Below are positions 49,201-59,000 of a DNA stretch of 64,000 bases, one piece after another (position 1 is the stretch's first letter; each line of letters begins with the position of its first letter). Position numbers and translations under genes: made by a program. The stretch is from an uncultured archaeon (GTDB lineage: Archaea > Asgardarchaeota > Heimdallarchaeia > Heimdallarchaeales > Kariarchaeaceae), in NCBI GenBank assembly GCA_964645535.1, contig CAZYCQ010000003.1:43328-107327 (forward strand). Reading direction: 5' to 3'. A model generated the notes under the pieces. It saw only the letters and a list, made by a program, of their open reading frames with translations, had not been told where the DNA came from and made no database searches.

Positions 49201-51550
49201 CCTCATACTCAATGTTTATTACACCCATTCCCTCCAAGTTTTCCCGGTTCGAATAGCGGTTTGTAATTTCAATTAAAATACGGTATACCAATATGGTTTC
49301 CAAAGTTGATTTGAAATTTTTTGAGAAGGACTCTCCTGCCGTTTCTCCAAATGCATCCGGGAACAAATTCATCGCCAGGTCCCTATCTTCGTACAGAATT
49401 TTAGTTAGTCCCTGCACAAGGTCACCTATTGAAACAGGAATGGATCCATCCTTGGTTTCTTTCCTCAACACTTCAAACATTAAATGACGTAGACGATAGA
49501 CCTTCGCCTTATCAGTCATCCAAGCTACTTGAAAGGCAGCCTCTTGACGGTTGTCCGCAAACATCAGCAGTCGTTGAGAATCTTCCGGAAGGTTGAACAG
49601 GATTTCTTGAGCAAGAATATAGTTGTTTGCCACTTGAATTCCCTGAACCTTGGCCATGGGTTCATACCTGCCCTTGGTGCTGCGTTCACAAGTTCCACAT
49701 CGATTGATTTTCTCCCCTTTTTGAACCAGCGCGAATACCTTGACCAGTTTGTCATGTCCACAGCCTCCAGAGGCACAATGTTTTACATGCTTGTCATGCA
49801 ATGTGCCACACTGCTCACAGGCAAACAAGGTTTCAAAATGGCGATTTGAATCTTCATCTTCTATCCCATTCAAATTATTCGAAAACAATATTCTTACGCC
49901 ATCTTCCTCCTTTTTAGCTTCATAATAATAACACGAGCCATCTGAACTTGGTAACCCCCTCTCAGTGATGGAACCGGTCTTCTTACCCTCGATCATTGTG
50001 TACCGCTGTTCCAAATAATGCTGATTGCAGTTTCGACATATCAAGACAGGAAAATACCGCTTTTCTCCCGTTGGGTTATCCTTCATGTGCAGGATAACCT
50101 TAGTTCCAAGCCCACTCGATACAAGTTCTCCTCTTAACTCCCTTATCCCACTAACGAAATAATGCAGTTTTGCCCGAAACAGAGGATCCCCATCCTTTTG
50201 AGCAATTGATGCCAAGGCGAGATAAAGTAGGAGACTATGAACCAATCCTTCATCCTTGGAAAAACCCAAGTCCCGACTCACTTCGTCCAAGACGTAAGTT
50301 AGGTTTCTCGGTCGTTCCAAGTTTTGTGCAATAGACCTGATGAACTTTAATTTCGGGAGATATTCAAACAAAGATTCCCTCCAATTAGCACTGGGATCAA
50401 GTTCCAAGTTGGGTGCTACATGCTCCATTGCATATCTTACGGCTTCAAAGATAGCATCTTCCTCTGAAAGATTCGAATCGTATAGTTTCTCTAGAAAGTT
50501 ACGATAGACGTCTTCGGGATTAGTTATTTTCCTTGGTTTAATCAACAAAGCACTCCTGATCTGCCAAACTTGCTGGTCATAGCTTGGACCAATAACTCTC
50601 GTCCTTTCCGGAGGAGATCCCGTTAAGCGAAACATGAATTCCTTTGTTTCTGATTCCTCACCTAAGGTTGCACTGGTGGCTATGCAGACTACCTCATCTG
50701 CATCGGCGTGAAAGGTCGCAGATCGAGCGATGATCCGCCGGAAAAGGACAGAAGCCTCTGCTCCAAAGATCCCTCCATAGGTATGTGCCTCATCGATTAC
50801 CACATATTTCAAAGGAGCCCGCTCGAAAAGGTTGATATCCGATTTACGCGTTAGAAGAAGTTCGAGTTGAAACACATTTGTTATCAAGATCATTGGCGGG
50901 TCATTTCTGATCTCTTGCCTTGACACCCGTTGTTCTTCAGGATACACGCGCTTTTTTCGTTTAAGGGCAACTTTATATTCCTCCCTTGTTTGCACTCTTT
51001 CAACAGCCTCTTCTTGGTCTCGCGTATCCCCAGTATAAACTCCAAACGTCACTCCAGTTCCGACCAGAAGCTTGCTGATCCGTTCTAGCTGGTCATTTGC
51101 CAAGGCATTCATGGGATAGATTAGGATGGCCTGAACCCCCGACTTTCCTGCATCCCTCATCTTTAGACAATGGCTAATAATAGGAATAAGAAAGGACTCG
51201 GTCTTTCCAGAACCAGTGCCTGTTGTAATAATCGTATGCTGATCACTTACAATTGACCGGATAGCATTTTCCTGATGCTTATGGAGTGTAAACTGAATTA
51301 GATTTTTGAGACCTGGGTGGAGCAAGCCCTCATCGACAAGCTGAGAAACTTGCATACCTGTTTGGAATTTCCTCTCCAACGAGATAAACGGTCCTTTAAT
51401 CAAAGGCGACTTACTTAAATCGTTGAACGAAATAAGGGTTCTAAACTGTTTCTGCAAATCAGGGTCTGCAAATCGAAACGCAGTTAATTGGTACCTAAGA
51501 TATTGTTCCAACACCTTTTGCGAAAATGTTATGGGATTGAATGACTTCAT
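46292..51550 (-). CDS. 1752-aa DEAH-box SF2 helicase fused to a DUF1998-like Cys-rich module and a C-terminal Vsr/DUF559-like endonuclease domain (DrmA+DrmB-like / DruE-like)
   Basis: Motif I [9 protein letters not shown] (51197-51223), motif II DEAH (50783-50794), SAT, [13 protein letters not shown], then after a ~330-aa insert [67 protein letters not shown]. Several CxxC pairs. [20 protein letters not shown] (46766-46801) resembles the DUF1998/MrfA Zn module. The tail [21 protein letters not shown]...NGWDVFRV (within ~46295-46620) resembles Vsr/DUF559. Confidence 0.85.
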   Translation of the reverse strand: [1752 protein letters not shown]

Positions 51551-51554
51551 CTGT

Positions 51555-51561
51555 TCACCTC
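51555..51561 (-). promoter_or_regulatory. Shine-Dalgarno GAGGTGA for the helicase gene
   Basis: The minus strand reads TGAGGTGAACAG-ATG. The SD overlaps the MTase stop codon. Confidence 0.5.
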
Positions 51562-54500
51562 ATAGGAATTTTCCCAAACCAGTCGACATTTCCTCGTCGC
51601 CGTCACCAAAGCATTCCCTATCATCATGGGTATCGCCATAAATTCTATGCAACTCAGCGTCTTCTGCTTGACAGCGTGCCCATCCATCATCCGTCATGTT
51701 GAGTTGCCAATCAAGGAAACGAGGACCCAATTCAGTTCTTGCATATTCCGGAAGTTGCCAATCCTCTTCAAGAAACTTATCAAATCCCTTCTCCAACAAA
51801 TCTTTATATGCTAGAAGGCAAAAAGTTTGAATCCTCATGGGTTTGGGTTTTTCTTTGTCAACTCTCCAAAAGCCTTGTGGGTTGGATTTGTCAAAAGAGA
51901 GGATGTATTCAAACTCCTCATACGTTAAGTTGTAAGCATAGGCAGCGCACGCGTTTAAAATAGCATAAATTCTTGTTCTCTCATGTAGAGTCAAAGCCCA
52001 CTCTTTGGCATAGAATGGCACTTGATTTCTGAAACAGAGCCAAAAGTGGGCAAATGCGGGTGCATTGCAAACAAAATTCAAAACAAGTTTGGTAATAAAC
52101 CTGTTCGAAAAATTTGAAAGGTGGTTTGGAAATCTGATTAAAGTAATTATATCTTTTGTTAGAGAGCTTTTAGTCAACCAAATTCTCGTTAGAAAATCAA
52201 AGCAAAAGCTCATTAAAACTGAAACAGCTGACGTATAGATACTATTAGTACCGGTCAACGTTGGTAACTTGTGGGTACATGAATAATTTGGGATCAAGGT
52301 AGAAATGAAAGATCTTTGGTTTGTATTGCTCGCGATATCCCTAAAAACAATTTTGGGCATTGGACTGCCAACAATTCGGGTTTTTGCATCCTCTAGCCTC
52401 ATATAGTATTCTGTTACACAATATTGCCTATCGAGCGGGGTTTCCTCAGTCTTTACCCTTTTTGCACTTCCAGAGAGATAGTTTGCTGCTGCAAAATCTC
52501 CGATCTGAATGTGTTTTCCTCCATACACCGGCAAAAATGTTTCCTTCCCATCGTGATAAATTCCGTACTTATTGACGTTGTTCCTGATTTGGGCATCACG
52601 CACAAAAAGGCTGGATGCCCCAGAGGCATCAAATTCTCTCATATACTTCAAGCCCAGATCCTCGAAGTTGGGATTGAGAACCAACTTCCCGTCTTCCTCA
52701 TGGGTCGACATCTTGATCAGCAATTCATACTGTTTTCTCGAGGTGAGAGCAATCAGCTTGAATTGGTCGCCTGTCAGTAGCTCCATTAGCTCAGGGGTTT
52801 GGTTGAAAACATAGGGTTCATCAAATGTTGCGTTTTCCCAATCCTCCAGATCCGTTCGGTAAAATGCCGTGTAGACACCTGTTGCAGGTGCACCTTTTTG
52901 GCAGACGAAGGCCGCGAACATGAAGCTGGAATGTATTTCAAAGATCTTCTTCCGATTGCTGAATGAGAAAAACCATTCCCAACGGGATTGCTCAAACAGC
53001 ATTTTTCGAAGCTCACTGGAACCTGTCTCCGTACCCAAGCCCATGTCTAAAATTAATCCGATCCTACCGCAGGGTTTGGCAATATGTATCGCAAATTCTG
53101 TGAATAGCTTGTAGTAGTTTTTATCGCCTATGCCTTGATACAGGAAAGGAATAGTGAATTCCCCTTCCTTCCGGTCGATAGTTCCCCCGCGATTGCCGAT
53201 GTAGTTAGTCAATGACAGGACTTGGTTGTTGTAATGAAGCCATTCTTTCTGAATCGAATCTGATTGAAGCAGCCTTTTCTTGACAACCTTCATCTCTTTT
53301 GAGGCGTAAATGTCTATTAAGGGATGGTAATTGACAAGAAATTCCTTGGTCTCAACCTTGATCTTCTCCCATGGTGGATTGCCAATTACGGCATCAAACC
53401 CTCCCTTTTCGAATACCTCGGGAAATTCAAGTTCCCAGTGGAAGAACTTGACTTCATTCGCATAGCGGAAGACGATACGGTCAAATTCTGGATCGCCTTC
53501 TGCTAACATTCGTTTGAAGCCATTGCCACTAAATCTATCTTTGAACTTGACAAATTCATCATGAGAGATAAACCAGAGGGCTGTCCAGAGATCCATCCGC
53601 CGTTTTATTGACACATAGTTTGGTGAGGTGAGCAGCTTGTTGTAATGATCGTATTTTCGTGTTTCGTCAAAATCCACGATTATTTGCTCACGGTTCTCGA
53701 TCAAGTTTTTTATTTCGGTATCGATAAACTCATGGAGGGTTGTCTGATTAATGTCGATCCGGGAACCAAGAGTTTTCACTTCACTTTTGAATGGTTTTGT
53801 TTTCTTCTCCTTCTCATTCATTTCTTCCCGTTCTTTGATTGCATTGATGGGAAACCGTGCGGACTCTATTTCCGCCTTCCAAGCACCTACAAGAGAGTTG
53901 CCGACCTTTAGTTTGTGGTCCAAAAATTTGAAGGGAAGGGTATTGTCCATGGTTTCAAGCCATAACGCAAGTTTCGCCAATTCCACAGCCAGTGGGTTAA
54001 TGTCAACCCCATAGATACATCTTTCGATGATGACCCGCTTTAGCTTTCTTACGAGTAACTCCCAGTTGTAGGAACCGTTGCTCACCGTATGGTCTTCATA
54101 TTCCACACTGATACTGCCATTGATCTTGCAGAAAACCGTTGTTCCGTTGATTCGAATACGATTCGATTGTTCAAGGCTCCAAGCAAGTGCCTCGGATAGG
54201 TAGTTCAGGGCACTGATAAGAAAGCTTCCCGAACCCATTGCTGGATCCACGACATCAAGGTCAACAATATCTTCAGGAGATTTAAAGCTCCCATCCTCAT
54301 TTCTCACCAAGGGTTCGAGAGCCCTTCTGACTGTTGGCTTTACCAGTCCCGGCTTGGTGTAGAAGGTTCCAGAACCCTTTCGAGAGCCGTTCCAAGCAGA
54401 AATATAAAGCTTGCCGGGAGGAAAGACCTCAAGGATTAGTTTATCGTATGGAAGGTTCGTTTTAGTAATTTTTCTAAACCGGTCAACAAACTTGTTGATT

Positions 54501-56068
54501 TCTACCCTTATTTCATCTATTTCACTTTGACCAATAACCTCCTCTGAGGGTTCATATGTACCTGTTTTACCCTTATAGAGTTCTTTTAGTTCAAGATCTG
54601 TAAGAGAATTCAGAAGTTGGAGGGAAATAATTCTTGTCTCCTTCCCTGTGTTCAACACAACAGCCACTATGTCTTCTTCTTTGACCAAGCGAACCTGATA
54701 GTCAAGCAATCCTTCATAAATCATCCCAATGTATTCCGTTCCCAGTTCTGCAAAATTGACAGGCATGGTTATGGTTTTTTTTCTGTTTTTTACCGAGGTT
54801 TGAACCGGGGCAAATTTCAGCTTGCTTAATATTTGGTAGATTTCGTAATTGGTAACAATCCAGTTTCCCTCTTCAAAGAACGAGAGAGCTTTTCCGAGGG
54901 GTGTTTTGATTTTATTGCCGGGACGGAAAAGTTCTCCGGAATATGCCGGTATCGAGAAATCTGAAAATGGGGACCCATAATAAACAAGGTTGAATAGGGC
55001 GAGGATTCTGTACCAAGCATTTTTTTCTAGATTCATCTCTTCGGGAGACAATTCGCTTTCCTGTTCTTTTAGATCCTTCCATATTTTCTCTAGAGAATAG
55101 CCCTGTTGATAGATGGGTGAGCTTCCGACAGGCAACAGTCCCCTTGCTTCTGCGTACAGGATGACGATCAATCGGAGCATGATTCTAATTGCAGCATGAT
55201 ATATGGGTTCAAGTTTTTTGGGAGTGATGATTTCATCCTCGGGTTCTCCATCGAAGAGGGCAGAGAGAAGTTTACGGGTACCATCCACAGTCGCAGCCTC
55301 ACCCGATAGGAAGAGTTCTATTGCCTCCCGGATTTGTTCGCCAATTTTTGTGGAGAGAACACTTTGGCTTCTCCGACTTTGGAAGACATAATGTTCCAAT
55401 GGCTTCTTGTGCTCAGACAGAATACCGAATAGTCCTTCAAGAAGGGTGATCCCTTCATCGTTGAGCATATCGTGACAATTCCAAGTAACCCAGGCAAGAT
55501 TGTCAAGAGTTGCGTAGATAAGCCTTATTTGCGAACCATTGGTGAAGATTCCGAAGCGAATTCCATGATCCACCATCTCTCTTACGAATTTTGCCTGCCT
55601 TTGCCTCATTTTGCCAATACCCAATTTTTGGTTATCATGGACAATCATGACAAACAGATCCACATTAGACCTTTTTTTTCCATTCTTAGGTTTCTTCTTG
55701 GAAGATAGCAGGAGATTCCCGATTTGGTTTTCCTCTGCCTTTTGGAAGCTAATTTTCGTCCCATTAGACTTGACAACAGTCCATTTGGAGTGATCGGAAA
55801 GTTCTAAGGAGGTGAACAGTTTTTCAACCCATTTAAACCTTGAAAGTTTGGTCAGATCATTTTCTTTTTGGGCACTAAAGGTCTTGTTCACTTGGAAATG
55901 GTCGAATGCAAAACGCAGCTCATCGATCAAATTAGCCGGAAGGGTGTTCGGTCCTTCAGGAAACAGTTCCTCAATTACGGTTTCACTGAACATGAAACCT
56001 TCTTTTTCAAGCTGGTTCCACCATGAATTGTCTTTGAATTGTACGAGTTGTTTCTGAAGAGCGCTCAT
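51560..56068 (-). CDS. 1502-aa gamma-class N6-adenine DNA methyltransferase of the Eco57I/type IIG/PglX/DrmMI-like kind
   Basis: GTFYTKPGLV, motif I VVDPAMGSGSF (DPAMGSGSF = 54221-54247), IYGVDINPLAVELAKLALWLE, KVGNSLVG, FFHWELEFPEVF, and motif IV GFDAVIGNPPW (NPPW = 53369-53380). There is ~560 aa N-terminal to the MTase core and ~600 aa C-terminal to it. Confidence 0.85.
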   Translation of the reverse strand: MSALQKQLVQFKDNSWWNQLEKEGFMFSETVIEELFPEGPNTLPANLIDELRFAFDHFQVNKTFSAQKENDLTKLSRFKWVEKLFTSLELSDHSKWTVVKSNGTKISFQKAEENQIGNLLLSSKKKPKNGKKRSNVDLFVMIVHDNQKLGIGKMRQRQAKFVREMVDHGIRFGIFTNGSQIRLIYATLDNLAWVTWNCHDMLNDEGITLLEGLFGILSEHKKPLEHYVFQSRRSQSVLSTKIGEQIREAIELFLSGEAATVDGTRKLLSALFDGEPEDEIITPKKLEPIYHAAIRIMLRLIVILYAEARGLLPVGSSPIYQQGYSLEKIWKDLKEQESELSPEEMNLEKNAWYRILALFNLVYYGSPFSDFSIPAYSGELFRPGNKIKTPLGKALSFFEEGNWIVTNYEIYQILSKLKFAPVQTSVKNRKKTITMPVNFAELGTEYIGMIYEGLLDYQVRLVKEEDIVAVVLNTGKETRIISLQLLNSLTDLELKELYKGKTGTYEPSEEVIGQSEIDEIRVEINKFVDRFRKITKTNLPYDKLILEVFPPGKLYISAWNGSRKGSGTFYTKPGLVKPTVRRALEPLVRNEDGSFKSPEDIVDLDVVDPAMGSGSFLISALNYLSEALAWSLEQSNRIRINGTTVFCKINGSISVEYEDHTVSNGSYNWELLVRKLKRVIIERCIYGVDINPLAVELAKLALWLETMDNTLPFKFLDHKLKVGNSLVGAWKAEIESARFPINAIKEREEMNEKEKKTKPFKSEVKTLGSRIDINQTTLHEFIDTEIKNLIENREQIIVDFDETRKYDHYNKLLTSPNYVSIKRRMDLWTALWFISHDEFVKFKDRFSGNGFKRMLAEGDPEFDRIVFRYANEVKFFHWELEFPEVFEKGGFDAVIGNPPWEKIKVETKEFLVNYHPLIDIYASKEMKVVKKRLLQSDSIQKEWLHYNNQVLSLTNYIGNRGGTIDRKEGEFTIPFLYQGIGDKNYYKLFTEFAIHIAKPCGRIGLILDMGLGTETGSSELRKMLFEQSRWEWFFSFSNRKKIFEIHSSFMFAAFVCQKGAPATGVYTAFYRTDLEDWENATFDEPYVFNQTPELMELLTGDQFKLIALTSRKQYELLIKMSTHEEDGKLVLNPNFEDLGLKYMREFDASGASSLFVRDAQIRNNVNKYGIYHDGKETFLPVYGGKHIQIGDFAAANYLSGSAKRVKTEETPLDRQYCVTEYYMRLEDAKTRIVGSPMPKIVFRDIASNTNQRSFISTLIPNYSCTHKLPTLTGTNSIYTSAVSVLMSFCFDFLTRIWLTKSSLTKDIITLIRFPNHLSNFSNRFITKLVLNFVCNAPAFAHFWLCFRNQVPFYAKEWALTLHERTRIYAILNACAAYAYNLTYEEFEYILSFDKSNPQGFWRVDKEKPKPMRIQTFCLLAYKDLLEKGFDKFLEEDWQLPEYARTELGPRFLDWQLNMTDDGWARCQAEDAELHRIYGDTHDDRECFGDGDEEMSTGLGKFL

Positions 56069-59000
56069 AATTTCACCTCCATTTCATCAGCCAAATGGAA
56101 ACCCGCAGTAACTGCATAGATTTCTTTGGACCGAATTGTATACCTGTTTGGAATAATGTGATTTTGCATGAATTCAGATTCCTGTTTTGCATGTTTCTCT
56201 ACTGATTTAATGTATTCATTGTAACCTGTTTGGAAGAAGTGGTCAATTTCCTCCTCAAGTTGTCTGATCTTTTTTTCTTGGAGCATTATCTGCCTTTTAT
56301 GTTCTTCAGGATCGAAGTACATGTCTATGCTGGATGTCTGAAGGGTCTCAAGAATCTTCTTTTCATGTTCAAACTGCTTCCTCAAGATGTTTGAATAGAT
56401 AGAACGGTTTCGGAGCTCATCCAATTTTTCAGCAAGGATTTGTTTTTCCCTGTTAAGTTCCTCCATTTTCTGTTTTTCGATTTTTTCCTGAATTTTCTGG
56501 GTAAGTTTTTCTGCATGCAGACCAATATTTTCCTCAATTTTTGAAGAATTGCTCACCCAAAATTTCCGAATATCTGAGATCAATCCTTGGTGAAGTTGAA
56601 TTTTCTCTTCTTCATTACCAAGGTTGGGATTATCTGAGGGTCCCCGAAATTCTAATAGCCTCCTCTTAAGATCGATTTTGAACTCAAGTGATTCAAGGGA
56701 AGCATGAATAATTTCGGAAAGATTATTTCGAAAGATTAAAAGGACATTGATTTTAAGAACATTTTGGTCTGCCTTGCTATCTATGACCAAATACCAACGA
56801 GTAAGAGCGGTATCAGTATCCCAAATGAAGGATCGCATTGTAATCAGCGCTCTTTCCATCAGGGGATGCCCTAGCGTCAAAAGCTCCTTTGTATCAGATT
56901 TTCTGAAAACCTTCCTGTTGTTTTCTTCAACCAGGAGTTCATTATGATCGAATACGAGAACCTTATTGGTTTTATGGAATAGTTGGTTGAAAATTTTCTC
57001 CCACTTTCCGAATTTTGTTACAATTAAGCCATTAGCTTCCTCCCGAGCATCACCACCAACAAACTTTAGGGCATGAAGGAAAACCTCTTTCATGGTTTCA
57101 GGATAGAGGTTGAAGTAACGGTTTGTCTCGATGAAGCTCATACTAGCGGACGTAGTATTCTTGATGTTGAATTCTTTTGGAGTCATGTCCTTAACTGGGT
57201 CACTCTCGAACTCGAATTCATCTAATGTTGTTTGTTGATAATCCCTCAAATATAGATGCCTTAAAATTAGGCTTTCCAAAATTTCACCAGTCTTTCCGAG
57301 ATCGTCCCTGATGCTAGCTACTTTTTGTGCGATTTTGTTCAAAAATTTCAGGTCATCGTTTTGGTCGGAGGCAAAATGGTAAACATAGACATCTCTGGAT
57401 TGACCATGTCTATCAACCCGTCCAATTCTTTGTTCAATTTTTGAGGGGTTCCAAGGGATATCATAATTTATGAGGTATCTACAGAAAAATTGCAGGTTCA
57501 TCCCTTCTGCTGCGGTATCAGAAGCAATGAGAATTCTCTCTCGGGTATCTTTTGCATTGAAAGCTTTGATTATTCTTTCCCTCTCGGAAGCCGATGTTCC
57601 TCCATGAATAGTTGCTATTAATTCCTCCAACCGTTTGTCCTCTGAAATTAATCGATTTTGAAGGTATTCCAAGGTATCAACATATTCCGTGAAAATGATA
57701 ACTCGTTCATCTTCCTTCTCAACCACCTTTGAATTTAGCCAATTGACCAATGCATTAAATTTTTCATCATTTATCTTCTGAAATTGATTCCCTGAATAAC
57801 CCAGCCTTGCAAGTTGTTTGTTTATCCGTTCATGAATTTGTACAACATCTTCTGATGCTGTTTTTGGTCGAATGACCGTTGAGGCTGACTTTAGCGCGTT
57901 TTTTTCCAGCCTTTCTTTTTCTTCGTCGGTTAATTCTTTCTGAAGGGCATTCTTTATTTGTCTTCTTGCTTCATCATAAGTAATTTCATAATCAATCTCT
58001 GTTGGAAGTGTGTGCATTTTCCATGATATGCTGAAAGCCCAGCCAGATGAAAGCAGTCGTTTTTTGAAAAATGTGACCAAATATCCAGTAATGCGTCCGT
58101 AATCCTCATTTTGATCCTTATTTTTCAAAATGTCAAGATATTCATCGAGCAGTTCGAACAGTTTAATTTCATCTGGTCCGTATTCCAGCCTTATGATTTC
58201 ACTCTTTCTCTCAGTAAAGTAATTGTTACCATTCGGATCTTTTATCTCAGATTTAATTCTCCTGATGACGCTTTTTGGGATTTGTTTCGCCATGTGAGAA
58301 TCTTTGGGAATTTCTGTAGTCTGATGAAAGTTTAGTGGATCCAAAATTTCAAGCAGCCCAGTAAACGAAGATGTAAAGCCATTGTGGGGAGTTGCGGTTA
58401 AAAATATCCGATGGCTACAGAAGGCCGAGACTTCGCGCAGCATCATTGTTCTCAGACTATTTGAAGCCGTAAGATTTCTTGGAGCGAAGTTGTGGGCTTC
58501 ATCAACAATCAACAGATCCCAAGCCCTTCTTGAGGATTTTTCCCGGCTTCTCGCCGCAAAAATGAAGCTGTTTTTTACATCCTCCTGACGGAGATAATCC
58601 ATTGAGGTTATTATGCGTGCAATGGATCGCCAAGGGTTGTAGTCAAAGCCGTATTTTCTTTGTAGATGATTTCTGGTTTGGGAGTTTACAATGGTGAAAT
58701 TCAGTTGGAATTTTTCGCGTAGCTCCTCTTGCCATTGACTTTGGAGAGCTGACGGGCAAATTACAAGTATCCGTTTCACTCCCCGTTGAGCGATCAATTC
58801 TTGCATTATTAATCCTGCCTCGATTGTTTTTCCAAGCCCTACACCGTCTGCAATAAGTAATTTTACCCTGTTTTGTTTGAGGGCGGTATACACAGGTAGA
58901 AGTTGGTAGTCCTCAATTTTCACTGCACTCTTCCATGGACTCACAATGGACAATTTTTTGTCATTTTCGCTTAACATGTTATAACCGATTGTTGTCCACC

